Shown: in pieces, positions 7,660 to 16,711 of the stretch
Layout: each line of letters begins with the position of its first letter
How positions within the stretch are numbered: the stretch's first letter is position 1
NCBI GenBank assembly: GCA_965206645.1
Contig: CBDBKE010000002.1
Coordinates: 608,001-672,000 of the forward strand
Reading direction: 5' to 3'
Source: Terriglobia bacterium
GTDB lineage: Bacteria > Acidobacteriota > Terriglobia > JAJPHL01 > JAPKYU01
Length of the DNA stretch: 64,000 nucleotides
Notes under the pieces: generated by a model
What the model saw: the letters and a program-made list of their open reading frames with translations, nothing else
What the model was told of the DNA's origin: nothing
Database searches by the model: none
Position numbers and translations under genes: made by a program

Positions 7660-10146
7660 TCAGTTGAAATCGAACGACTCCGGGTGCAAAGTGGGGTCGG
7701 TCTTGATGAACACCGTCTGATGGGTCATGTCCTCAATTCCCTGCATGACCGGAACGTCCCGCTGTTTCAGGTACCGCGCCACCTCGGGGCTCACCCGCAA
7801 GGTGATTTGCTTGCGGGGCGCGAAGGGGACGAGCTTGGAGGCTTCGGTCAGGATTTCCATGGCGATGGTGTGCGGGGACTTCAGGAAGCCGGAGCCGCTG
7901 CAGTGGACGCACGGCGCGCACAACGTGTGCTCCAGCGATTGCTTAACACGCTTGCGCGTGATGGCCACCAGCCCGAACTCGTTAAAGGCCACGACCTTGG
8001 AAGGGGCGCGGTCCTGCCGGAGCGCTTCCTCCAACGCCTGCATCACCCGCGTGCGGTTCCTCCGCTCCTCCATGTCGATGAAGTCAATGACGATGATGCC
8101 GCCCAGGTCCCGCAGCCGGATCTGGTGCACGATTTCCTTGATGGCCTCTACATTGGTTTTGACAATGGTGTCCTCCAGCCGCGGCGTCTTGCCAACGTAC
8201 TTGCCGGTGTTGATGTCAATGGAGACCAGCGCCTCTGTGTGGTTGATCACGATGTAGCCGCCCGATTTCAGCCAGACTTTCGGCTTCAACGCCTTGTTGA
8301 TCTCCTCGTAGACGTTGAACTCTTCGAACAGGGGAGAATCTTTGGTGAACAGCTTCACGCGGGAGACCAACACCGGCTGCAAGTTTTGCACGAACTTCAG
8401 GATCGTTTCATACTCCTGCTCGTTGTCCACCCAAAGCGCGCGAAACTCCTCCGAGAGCTGGTCGCGCAGGATGCGCTCCACCAGGTTCAGGTCATGGTGG
8501 AGGAGCGCGGGGGCAGCGGTCCGCTCCGCCTTGGCCCGAATCTCAAGCCAGAGGTGGTGCAGAAACTGGACGTCCTCAAGGAGCTCCTTTTCGCTACGCC
8601 CTTCCCCGGCGGTGCGGACGATGAAACCTCCCGGGATTTCGCTTTTGGCTTCCAAAATGACCCGCTTCAGGCGCTGGCGCTCCTCCTCCGTGGTCACCCT
8701 GCGCGAAACTCCCACGTGCTCGAGCGTCGGCATGTAGACCAAATAGCGGCCCGGCAGGGCGATGTGGGACGTAATGCGCGCGCCCTTCCTGCCTAGCGGT
8801 TCTTTAGCGACCTGAACCAGAATCTCCTGCCCTTCGCGCAACAAGTCGGCAATCAACGGCTGGGAGCGGACGGTGCGGTCCGCGGGTGCCTGGGGGCGCG
8901 GCTGCTGCCGGCCGTCGCTCAGCATCTTGTGGCGCAGCCGCCGGTTGACCCGACGGCCAAAGCGGGGGCCTGAGGCACTAACCCGTCCTCCAGCCGGCTC
9001 CGCCGCTGGCACACCCTCAACGCCGGCGACGCTGCTTTCCTCCGCCGGAGCCTGCTCCGGCTCGCCAGCCTGGTCGCCGCCGACAATTGCCGCTTCCGCG
9101 TCCTCCTCGGCAACTGCCAGCGGTGAAAGACCCTCCAGGGTTTGAGGGACGCTTTCTTCAGCAGCTTCTTCTTCGGCAGCTTCTTTTTCTGCGGCTGGGT
9201 CTTCTGTCTGGGGTTGCTCTACGGGTTCTTCGCTGGGTGTGGCCTCCAAAACCGGCTCAGGGGCAGCGCCGGACGCCGGAGGTGCGGCCGGCACCTGTTC
9301 AAATTGTGCCGCCTCCGGTTCGGTGGTTTCCGGAACCGCCTCAGGAGCAGACCACGTGTCGGCCTCGGGGCTGGAAGCTTCCTCCTGCTGGGCCTCCTCG
9401 AACTGCGGTTCGGTCTGGCTGCCCGAGAAGGGCTCTGCCGTATATTCTGTTTCCTGCGGTTTCTCCATTTCCTCTACCGAGGGTTCATGGAAGGCGGGGC
9501 CAGCAGGCGCGGAGGGGGTAAGATGTCGGTACTTAGCTAGCGATTCACCTGGGAGCACCGTGGGCGCAAGGCGCAGGCCCGCAACCGGGGACGAGGAGCC
9601 TCCTTCCCGCGCTTGGGAACCGGCCCGCTGTTGGGAACCGGCTTCCGACGGGCCGGCATATTTTGCCTGGGGGAATCCGCGGCCACCGAAGCGGCGGCGC
9701 GCGCGCCGGCGCCCGCGGCGGCGGCGCCCCTGAGCTGCCCCACCTGGGCCAGTTGTCTCCAACGTAGCCTCCGGTGCCGGCACAGAGGCTTCAGGAGCCG
9801 AAATTGGTTCCGGTGGTTGAGGCGCGCCAAGGGGAAGGCCGGCGGGAGAAGGTGCCCTTTCGCTGATCCGTGCTAGGCTATCTCCGACCCCAGTATCAAT
9901 CTTGTCGAAAACTTCGGCGTCTTCCAGGAAGTCAGAGACATAGAGAAAGGCGTCGCGCTCCAAGCCGATGTCGACGAAGGCGGACTGCATGCCCGGGAGC
10001 ACGCGCGTCACCCGACCTTTATAGATGCTCCCAGCTATTGAGTATTCGTTGGATTGTTCAAAGTAGACTTCGGCAAGCTGATCCTCTTCCAGAATAGCCA
10101 CCTTCGTCTCGTAGGGAGACGAAGAGACCAGTAGTTCCTTCACCAT
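7660..10146 (-). CDS. Ribonuclease E/G family with long low-complexity insertion in the S1 domain
   Basis: GSIYKGRVTRVLPGMQSAFVDIG, QVAKEPLGRKGARIT, DINTG, IRLRDLGGIIVIDFIDM, Zn-link CVHCSGSG. RBS AAAGGAG precedes the ATG at 10146. Confidence 0.95.
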   Translation of the reverse strand: MVKELLVSSSPYETKVAILEEDQLAEVYFEQSNEYSIAGSIYKGRVTRVLPGMQSAFVDIGLERDAFLYVSDFLEDAEVFDKIDTGVGDSLARISERAPSPAGLPLGAPQPPEPISAPEASVPAPEATLETTGPGGAAQGRRRRGRRRARRRFGGRGFPQAKYAGPSEAGSQQRAGSQAREGGSSSPVAGLRLAPTVLPGESLAKYRHLTPSAPAGPAFHEPSVEEMEKPQETEYTAEPFSGSQTEPQFEEAQQEEASSPEADTWSAPEAVPETTEPEAAQFEQVPAAPPASGAAPEPVLEATPSEEPVEQPQTEDPAAEKEAAEEEAAEESVPQTLEGLSPLAVAEEDAEAAIVGGDQAGEPEQAPAEESSVAGVEGVPAAEPAGGRVSASGPRFGRRVNRRLRHKMLSDGRQQPRPQAPADRTVRSQPLIADLLREGQEILVQVAKEPLGRKGARITSHIALPGRYLVYMPTLEHVGVSRRVTTEEERQRLKRVILEAKSEIPGGFIVRTAGEGRSEKELLEDVQFLHHLWLEIRAKAERTAAPALLHHDLNLVERILRDQLSEEFRALWVDNEQEYETILKFVQNLQPVLVSRVKLFTKDSPLFEEFNVYEEINKALKPKVWLKSGGYIVINHTEALVSIDINTGKYVGKTPRLEDTIVKTNVEAIKEIVHQIRLRDLGGIIVIDFIDMEERRNRTRVMQALEEALRQDRAPSKVVAFNEFGLVAITRKRVKQSLEHTLCAPCVHCSGSGFLKSPHTIAMEILTEASKLVPFAPRKQITLRVSPEVARYLKQRDVPVMQGIEDMTHQTVFIKTDPTLHPESFDFN

Positions 10147-10437
10147 GGAAACTCCTTTGGGCGGAACCACGTCGGACGGGGCAATTAGCGTGAGGGGCGG
10201 CCATCTTCCTCGGCCAAGGCACCCTGGTTGCCCACCCGGGGCTGGTCCAACGATTCCGGGCTACTTTTCGCCCCTGCCACAGGCCTTCTTGCAGGCTCGA
10301 GAAAACGCAGGGGTAAGGCCCAGTCGGATCGGTTGGAAGAACACCCGGACGGGCGCGGGCGACCCTCTCGCCCTGTAGGTTGGACATAATCACCCCAAAC
10401 ATGGTGTGCCTGCCGGCCTTCAGGGGCCGGACTTGAA

Positions 10438-10465
10438 ATGGTAAACTCGCGGAGGGAACCTGCAA
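10438..10465 (-). promoter_or_regulatory. Candidate promoter for RNase E/G giving a leader of about 285 nt
   Basis: TTGCAG-16 bp-TACCAT on the minus strand, immediately followed by hairpin CCGGCC/GGCCGG. Confidence 0.4.
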
Positions 10466-10551
10466 CTCAGTGTCCGCGCGGTTGGCTTCCCTCCCGCCAA
10501 CCGTCTTCGGCGCCTCAAGCTACGCACGCAGGCGCGATCCCTCCAGGCATG

Positions 10552-11646
10552 CTAATGGACAAAGCGGCGCAGCCTGACATTGTTCACCAGGCCGAGCGCC
10601 ATAAACGTAAACAGCACCGAGGAACCGCCGTAGCTCATCAGCGGCAGCGGAATGCCGGTGATCGGCATGAAGCCGATCACCATCCCGACATTCACCAGGA
10701 TATGGAACAGAAGCACACCCACCACTCCCATAACGATGAACACTCCGCTGCGGTCGGGAGCCGTCTGGGCATTGTGGATGAGCCTCATCAAGACCATGAA
10801 GTAGAGGAGCAGGGCGGAAAGCACCCCGAAGAATCCATGCTCCTCGGCAAAGGCCGCAAAGATAAAATCGGTGTGGGGCACAGGGAGAAACCACAATTGG
10901 GTTTGGGTGCCTTTCTTGCTGCCCTGGCCCCAGAGGCCCCCCGAACCCACCGCGATCTTGGATTGCGTCAACTGGTATCCGCCTGCCAGTGGGTCCTTCT
11001 CCGGATGGACGAACGTCAGGAGTCGCGCTTTCTGGTAGGGCTTCAGCCCATAGGTCCAAGCGACGGGCATGGCAAGCGCGAACAGCAGGCCGAGGACCGC
11101 TACGTGCTTCAGCCGGATGCCTGCCAGAAGCAAAGCCATCATCATGATGGGAGCATAGGTAAGGGCGGTGCCGAGGTCCGGCTGTAGTAAGACCAGCCCC
11201 ATCGGTATGCCACCCAACAGCCCCACCTTGATCAGGTCCGGGCTGCTTACCCGCCCCTGGCGAGATTCACTGAAATACCTCGCCATGACCAATATTAGCA
11301 CCAGCTTGACAAATTCTGACACTTGAAAGTGAAAGCCGCCAGCCAGCGGAATCCAACGCCGGGAGCCAAGCACCTTACGCCCCACCACCAGCACCAGCAC
11401 CAACAATCCCACAGAGACCAGATACATCAAAGGGGCTTGATCCAACAGGGTGTGGTAGTCGATTAAGCTCATCAGGTACATCAAGACCAGGCCGGCTAAG
11501 ATCCAGTAGATCTGCCTCTCGTAGGCTCCGGCGAACTTGGTTCTGTAGGTAGCGCTGTAGATCTCCATCAAACCCAGAGCGGAGATCAGCAGAACCAAAC
11601 CCAGAAGGAACCAGTCCATCCTTCTGTAGCTGATATAACGAGACAT
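10552..11646 (-). CDS. rodA: Rod shape-determining protein RodA (SEDS)
   Basis: GSRRWI, QVSEFVK, LQPDLGT, GYQLTQS..A.GSGG, PVPHTDFIF, GIPLPLMSYGGSS; follows mrdA. Confidence 0.96.
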   Translation of the reverse strand: MSRYISYRRMDWFLLGLVLLISALGLMEIYSATYRTKFAGAYERQIYWILAGLVLMYLMSLIDYHTLLDQAPLMYLVSVGLLVLVLVVGRKVLGSRRWIPLAGGFHFQVSEFVKLVLILVMARYFSESRQGRVSSPDLIKVGLLGGIPMGLVLLQPDLGTALTYAPIMMMALLLAGIRLKHVAVLGLLFALAMPVAWTYGLKPYQKARLLTFVHPEKDPLAGGYQLTQSKIAVGSGGLWGQGSKKGTQTQLWFLPVPHTDFIFAAFAEEHGFFGVLSALLLYFMVLMRLIHNAQTAPDRSGVFIVMGVVGVLLFHILVNVGMVIGFMPITGIPLPLMSYGGSSVLFTFMALGLVNNVRLRRFVH

Positions 11647-11684
11647 AGCTTATAACCAGACATAGCTGGCCGGGGCAGAGCTCA

Positions 11685-13592
11685 TCAGGGTGCCAGCGAG
11701 CTTTGTGTGCGCGCCTGGCCGGCGGCCAGTTGCCGTGGCTTCTGAGGCTGACGCTTGTCCCAGTAAGTCTTGATCACCTCGCGCACTATCGGAGCAGCCA
11801 AGTAGCCATGCTCTCCGTGCTCCAACAGACAGACCACCACAATCTCCGGGTTGCGCCGGGGAGCCATGCCGACAAACCATGCATTATCCTTGAGATGCGG
11901 AGCCCTGACGCCCTTAGTGGCCTCCAGGCTGGCCAGCTGTGCGGTTCCGGTCTTTCCGCCCACCTCCACCCCCTCAATGCGCGCCCGCCTACCGGTACCC
12001 CCACGCTCATTGACCACCCCATACATGCCCAGGGTAACCTGTTCAATCGTCTCCTCGCGAAGCGGAAAGCGCCACACCTCATCCTGATTCACACCGGGGT
12101 TCGCGCCGTCCGGGTTCGCGCCATCCGGGTTCGGGCCATCCGGGTTCGTGCTGGGCCGGTAGCGTTGGATTTCGGAGGGAAACACCAGACGCGGGCGCCG
12201 GAAGACCCCGCCGGAGGCAATCCCGCCGATGGCGTAAGCCATTTGCAACGGTGTCATCGCGACCGACCCCTGGCCGATGGCCACCGAGATGGTCTCGCCC
12301 GCATACCATTTCTCCCCAAACAGCCGCCGTTTCCATTCCGGCGAAGGCATCACGCCTTCCTCTTCATACGGCAAATCAATTCCGGTCGGAGAGCCCAGAC
12401 CGAATCGCCGGGAATAATAGGCTATTTTCTCGATGCCCAGGCGCTTGCCGACATTGTAGAAGAACACGTCGCAAGATTGGACGATGGCGCGGTGCAGATT
12501 CATACGACCGTGCCCTCCCTTCCGCCAGCACCGGAAGTACCGTCCATAAAAAACGGCGCCGCCAGAACAGTAGAAGGTGGTTTTCTCCGTGAGGACCTCC
12601 TCCTCCAAGGCCGCCGTTGCCAGAAAGATTTTATAGACGGAACCGGGAGCCAACTGGGCTTGGATGGCGCGGTTCAGCAACGGGAGGTCGGGGTCTTGGG
12701 TGAGCCGAGTCCATTGCTGGTTGCTGATGCGGATGGCAAAATTGTTCGGATCATAGACCGGGCGGCTGACCAAAGCCAGAACCTCCCCGGTGCGAGGGTC
12801 CAGGGCCACCAGGGCGCCCTTCTTGTCCTCCATCGCGACTTCCGCCGCAACTTGCAGATCCAAGTCAAGGGTCAGTCTCAGCGGTTGCCCGCCTACGGCG
12901 GGTGTTTCGTCCAGCCGCCCCACCTCGCGGCCTATGCTGTTAACGAGGATGTGCCGCAACCCATCCTTTCCCATCAGGATGTCGTTGTACTGCCGCTCCA
13001 CGCCCCTCTGGCCCACAATGGCACCAGGGCGGTAGCCCGCGAATTCCGCGCGGTTCAGTTCGTCCTCGCTCACCTCACCCACATAGCCAAGGACATGCGC
13101 TGCGAAGCCGTCACGCGGGTAGAGGCGCCGTTGCACCATCACCGCCTCCAGCTCCGGCAGGTCATCGCGGTGCGCTTCCAGGAATCCCAAGTCCCGGGAG
13201 GTAGCGTCCTCCCTGATGAGGACGGGCTCGTAAGACGCCGCGGTACGGAACCGAAGCAGTCGAGCCTGCAGCTCCTTCAGCGGGATTCGAAGTCCGGCAG
13301 CGATCAGTTGCAGATCCCTGTGATCCTTCATTTGCTCGCGCAGTAGCAAGATACTGAACGAAGGATAGCTGGAGACAATGACGCGTCCTTCACGGTCCAG
13401 AGTGTGGCCGCGCGGTGCCAGAATCGGCAGACTCTTCACGCGGTTTTGCTCGGCCAGTGCGGCGTAATATTCCGGGCGCTGGATCTGAAGCCGCCAGAAC
13501 CCGGTGGCCAGTGCCAGAAAGATGCCCAGGGTCAGAAACTGGACAACCGCGATCTTGAACTGAGCAAACTTAGTGTCGCCGAATTCGAACAT
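11685..13592 (-). CDS. mrdA: Penicillin-binding protein 2
   Basis: APRG...DREG, SxxK (PGSVYK), SxD (SCD), KTGT motifs; operon context. Confidence 0.96.
   Translation of the reverse strand: MFEFGDTKFAQFKIAVVQFLTLGIFLALATGFWRLQIQRPEYYAALAEQNRVKSLPILAPRGHTLDREGRVIVSSYPSFSILLLREQMKDHRDLQLIAAGLRIPLKELQARLLRFRTAASYEPVLIREDATSRDLGFLEAHRDDLPELEAVMVQRRLYPRDGFAAHVLGYVGEVSEDELNRAEFAGYRPGAIVGQRGVERQYNDILMGKDGLRHILVNSIGREVGRLDETPAVGGQPLRLTLDLDLQVAAEVAMEDKKGALVALDPRTGEVLALVSRPVYDPNNFAIRISNQQWTRLTQDPDLPLLNRAIQAQLAPGSVYKIFLATAALEEEVLTEKTTFYCSGGAVFYGRYFRCWRKGGHGRMNLHRAIVQSCDVFFYNVGKRLGIEKIAYYSRRFGLGSPTGIDLPYEEEGVMPSPEWKRRLFGEKWYAGETISVAIGQGSVAMTPLQMAYAIGGIASGGVFRRPRLVFPSEIQRYRPSTNPDGPNPDGANPDGANPGVNQDEVWRFPLREETIEQVTLGMYGVVNERGGTGRRARIEGVEVGGKTGTAQLASLEATKGVRAPHLKDNAWFVGMAPRRNPEIVVVCLLEHGEHGYLAAPIVREVIKTYWDKRQPQKPRQLAAGQARTQSSLAP
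12096..12148. repeat. In-frame 15-bp tandem repeat (about 3.5 copies) encoding NPDG(P/A) in PBP2
   Basis: CGGGTTCGCGCCATC-type units at 12096, 12111, 12126 and 12141. Confidence 0.85.
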
Positions 13593-13785
13593 CAAGAAGG
13601 CCCGTCAGAAAGCCCCCCGGAAGAGCAATGATCCCAAACTGAACAACTTGGGCTGCGGAGTCCCAGGGCCTGCTTGCCATTGTAGCAGGCTCGGCCGGCT
13701 CAGCCCAACCCTGGGGGTGCGGCTCGTGAAAAGTTTACCTTCTTAAGCGAAAGCGTTGGAAGAAGAACAATTGGACAACCGGCGC

Positions 13786-14310
13786 TCAGACCGGCTTTCT
13801 GAAGCGGTCCAGCAACTGGAAAAGCAGCACGGCCACGATCGCATTGATTAGAGCGACTGCCAGACTGCGCACACCAGGCATGCTCACGGCCTTTTCTAAC
13901 AAGACCTGCTGCAGCAGCAGGAACAACCCCAGGTGGATGTAATAGAACCCGAACACCACCCCTAGCCGTACCCCCGGGTGCTCCGTATCAATCCTGGTGC
14001 TGAGCGAGGATGCGGCGTAGCCCACAACGGTTTTTACGATCCCGAACAGGCCAATGGGTCCGTGGCCCAGGCTGTCTTGCGCAATACCGATTGCGGCGCC
14101 CACCAGCATCCCGGAGATCTGACTGCGGCGGTTGAGAGCGAAATACACGGTCACGAGCAGGGGCAGGTCCAGGACCTCTACAGCAGGGAACCACAGGGGC
14201 AAGTGGCCCTGCAGCGATAGGGCCAGCAGGGCAATCAGGATGACCGTCCAAGGAGGAAACCGGTACGTCTCCACACGGAGGTCAGACCGCGTGTGGACTG
14301 CAAACTTCAT
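13786..14310 (-). CDS. mreD: Rod shape-determining protein MreD
   Basis: Hydrophobic protein with DLPLLVTVYFAL and GIAQDSL...IGL; lies between mreC and mrdA. Confidence 0.9.
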   Translation of the reverse strand: MKFAVHTRSDLRVETYRFPPWTVILIALLALSLQGHLPLWFPAVEVLDLPLLVTVYFALNRRSQISGMLVGAAIGIAQDSLGHGPIGLFGIVKTVVGYAASSLSTRIDTEHPGVRLGVVFGFYYIHLGLFLLLQQVLLEKAVSMPGVRSLAVALINAIVAVLLFQLLDRFRKPV

Positions 14311-15551
14311 CGCGCAGGGGGAGGCTCTGGACTTGGAAGCCGCCTGTCAGTGGGCTTCTCAGGAACAGTGGCGGCAACCGGCTGGCTGCCAGGACCAGTG
14401 TCAGACGCGGCTGCTTCGGCTTCGACTTCGGTGGCCGCCGGCTCCGGGGCCTCCGGCGGTCTGGGGACAACGGCAGGGGGAGACGTCCGCGGTTGGGGGG
14501 GCACCAAGGCTCGCTTCTGATCCTTGCTCTTGTGCAGCTGCGCAGTGCGGTAGGCTTCGAGCAGCTTGTCGGCATCCGTTTCAGGTCTGGTACGGGGCCT
14601 CGCCACTGCCTTCGCCCGGGTTTCGGCCTTGGTCGTCGCTGCAGCGACTGGCGGAGCGGCTGTCGCGACGGTGGCCCCAGCTTGCCGCGGCGAGGTCCGT
14701 GTCACGAACGGCGCTTCAGCCCTGGAAGGAATCTGCTTCCCGGCGCCACGCACGATAACCAGCACTTCTTCCAGCCGGTTCAACCGAGCCGAGGGCTGCA
14801 CTTCGATTTCGTGGAACACGCGGCCCGGCTTGACCGAAGTGACCGAGCCGATCGGCAGGCCCTTGGGATAGATCAAGTCCTCACCCGAGGTCAGCACCTG
14901 TTCTCCCACTTCCACGCTCTGGCCGTTCACGACGTAGGCCAATTGGCAGAAGAAGCTGCCGGAACCCCGCACTGCCCCGTGCACTCGCGACTTTTCCAGT
15001 AGGGCACCGACGCCGCTGTCGGGATCTGTGATCACCAACACTTGGGCTGAGCCCCAAAACACCCGGTGCACCTTGCCAACGATCCCGTTGGGGGTGATCA
15101 CCGGCATGTTGGGCCGAATCCCGACTTCGCTGCCTTTGTCAAGAAACAACACGCGCGAGGTTTCCGAAGCACTGGAACCGATAACCCGGCAAGCTATGCT
15201 GGAGAAGGGGATTTGGCTGCCCAATTGTAGTACTTCCTTCAGCCGGCGGGCTTCCCGAGCTTCCTCCTGCAGGTGGTGGTGGGAGAGCTTCAGCCGGCCA
15301 ATCTCTTCCATCAGGCGCCGGTTCTCCTGCCGGGCGTGGCGTAGGTCCACGTAATCTCGCCACACACCGACCAGGCCGCGGATGACGCTGCTGGAGGCTT
15401 TCTCCACCGGCGTGATCACCGCCACCGCCCAGATGCGGATGAGCGGGATATCCTTGTCGCGTTTCACCTGAAAGGCCAACAGGACCAGTTGCAGAAACAG
15501 GAGCGCAACCAGCACGACGGCGTTTCGGTGTCGGCTTAGCAGACTATCCAT
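14307..15551 (-). CDS. mreC: Rod shape-determining protein MreC with Pro/Ala-rich tail
   Basis: N-terminal TM, coiled coil, LDKGS..GI...PVIT..GIVGKV, TSG...YPKG.PIG. Confidence 0.94.
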   Translation of the reverse strand: MDSLLSRHRNAVVLVALLFLQLVLLAFQVKRDKDIPLIRIWAVAVITPVEKASSSVIRGLVGVWRDYVDLRHARQENRRLMEEIGRLKLSHHHLQEEAREARRLKEVLQLGSQIPFSSIACRVIGSSASETSRVLFLDKGSEVGIRPNMPVITPNGIVGKVHRVFWGSAQVLVITDPDSGVGALLEKSRVHGAVRGSGSFFCQLAYVVNGQSVEVGEQVLTSGEDLIYPKGLPIGSVTSVKPGRVFHEIEVQPSARLNRLEEVLVIVRGAGKQIPSRAEAPFVTRTSPRQAGATVATAAPPVAAATTKAETRAKAVARPRTRPETDADKLLEAYRTAQLHKSKDQKRALVPPQPRTSPPAVVPRPPEAPEPAATEVEAEAAASDTGPGSQPVAATVPEKPTDRRLPSPEPPPAR

Positions 15552-15584
15552 AGAAGCGCAGCCTCCATGGGTTCGCCGGACTAT

Positions 15585-15632
15585 CTCCTTCGATGGCTCC
15601 TTCGATGGCTCATTCGATGGCTCATTCGATGG
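15585..15632. repeat. 12-bp tandem repeat x4 overlapping the mreB stop codon
   Basis: CTCCTTCGATGG x2 then CTCATTCGATGG x2. Confidence 0.85.
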
Positions 15633-16647
15633 ACACCTTTCGCAAGAGCTTGAAATCGCTGAGCATCCTGCCAGTGCCTAAGGCCACCGAAGCCAGCGGA
15701 TCCTCGGCGATGGAGACGGGGAGCCCCGTTTCCTCACGAATGCGCCTGTCCAGGTTCTTCAGCAGCGCGCCGCCGCCGGTCAGTACGACGCCGCGGTCGC
15801 TGATATCGGCCGACAGCTCCGGGGGCGTGCGTTCCAGTGCCACCCGAATGGAGTTCATAATGGTCGAAACGCACTCCGACATCGCCTCGCGAATCTCGCT
15901 GTCGTCCACGGTGATGGTTTTGGGCACGCCTTCAATCAGATTGCGCCCTTTGATTTCCATGGTCAGGGGTTTTTCCAACGGGTAAGCGGAGCCGACTCCG
16001 ATCTTGATTTGCTCGGCCGTGCGCTCCCCGATCAGCAGGTTGTATTTCCGCTTCAGGTAATGCATGAGGGCTTCGTCCATTTCGTTGCCTGCCACCCGTA
16101 CCGAGCGGCTGTAGACGATCCCGGACAGGGAAATGACGGCGATGTCGGTGGTGCCCCCGCCGATATCCACGATCATGTTGCCGCCGGGCTCGGTAATGGG
16201 CAGACCGGCGCCGATGGCTGCCATCATGGCCTGTTCGACCAGATGCACCTCGCTGGCCTTGGCCTGGTAAGCCGACTCCATGACTGCGCGCTTCTCCACC
16301 TGGGTGATCTCGCTGGGCACGCCGATGACGATTCGCGGATGGACCAGCACCTTACGGTTGTGCGCTTTTTGGATGAAGTAGTTCAACATCTTTTCGGTGA
16401 CCTTGAAGTCGGCGATCACCCCGTCCTTCATCGGCTTGATGGCCACGATGTTGCCCGGCGTGCGGCCCAACATCTCTTTGGCCTCCTTGCCCACCGCCTC
16501 CACCTCGCGGGTATTCTGGTTGATGACCACAATCGAAGGCTCGTTCACCACAATCCCTTTCGCGGCGGAGTACACCAGGGTGTTGGCGGTGCCCAGGTCA
16601 ATCGCCAGGTCCGAGGAAAAGAGACTGAACAGCGAGCGGAGATTCAT
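15622..16647 (-). CDS. mreB: Actin-like protein MreB
   Basis: IDLGTANT, DGVIADF, VDIGGGTTD, LTGGGALL. Confidence 0.98.
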   Translation of the reverse strand: MNLRSLFSLFSSDLAIDLGTANTLVYSAAKGIVVNEPSIVVINQNTREVEAVGKEAKEMLGRTPGNIVAIKPMKDGVIADFKVTEKMLNYFIQKAHNRKVLVHPRIVIGVPSEITQVEKRAVMESAYQAKASEVHLVEQAMMAAIGAGLPITEPGGNMIVDIGGGTTDIAVISLSGIVYSRSVRVAGNEMDEALMHYLKRKYNLLIGERTAEQIKIGVGSAYPLEKPLTMEIKGRNLIEGVPKTITVDDSEIREAMSECVSTIMNSIRVALERTPPELSADISDRGVVLTGGGALLKNLDRRIREETGLPVSIAEDPLASVALGTGRMLSDFKLLRKVSIE

Positions 16648-16711
16648 CGTCTACCCTGCTCCGAAAGCCTCCCCCACCCGAGGGGAGCAGCACATCCGGG
16701 TCACCCGTTCG

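Noticed and set aside
11703-13346. Long antisense or alternate-frame ORFs (also 7630-8796, 27969-29387, 45948-47435, 47877-49046, 55179-56402, 56864-58204)
   Set aside because: These are shadow ORFs of well-supported genes, expected at high GC, and show no recognisable motifs.
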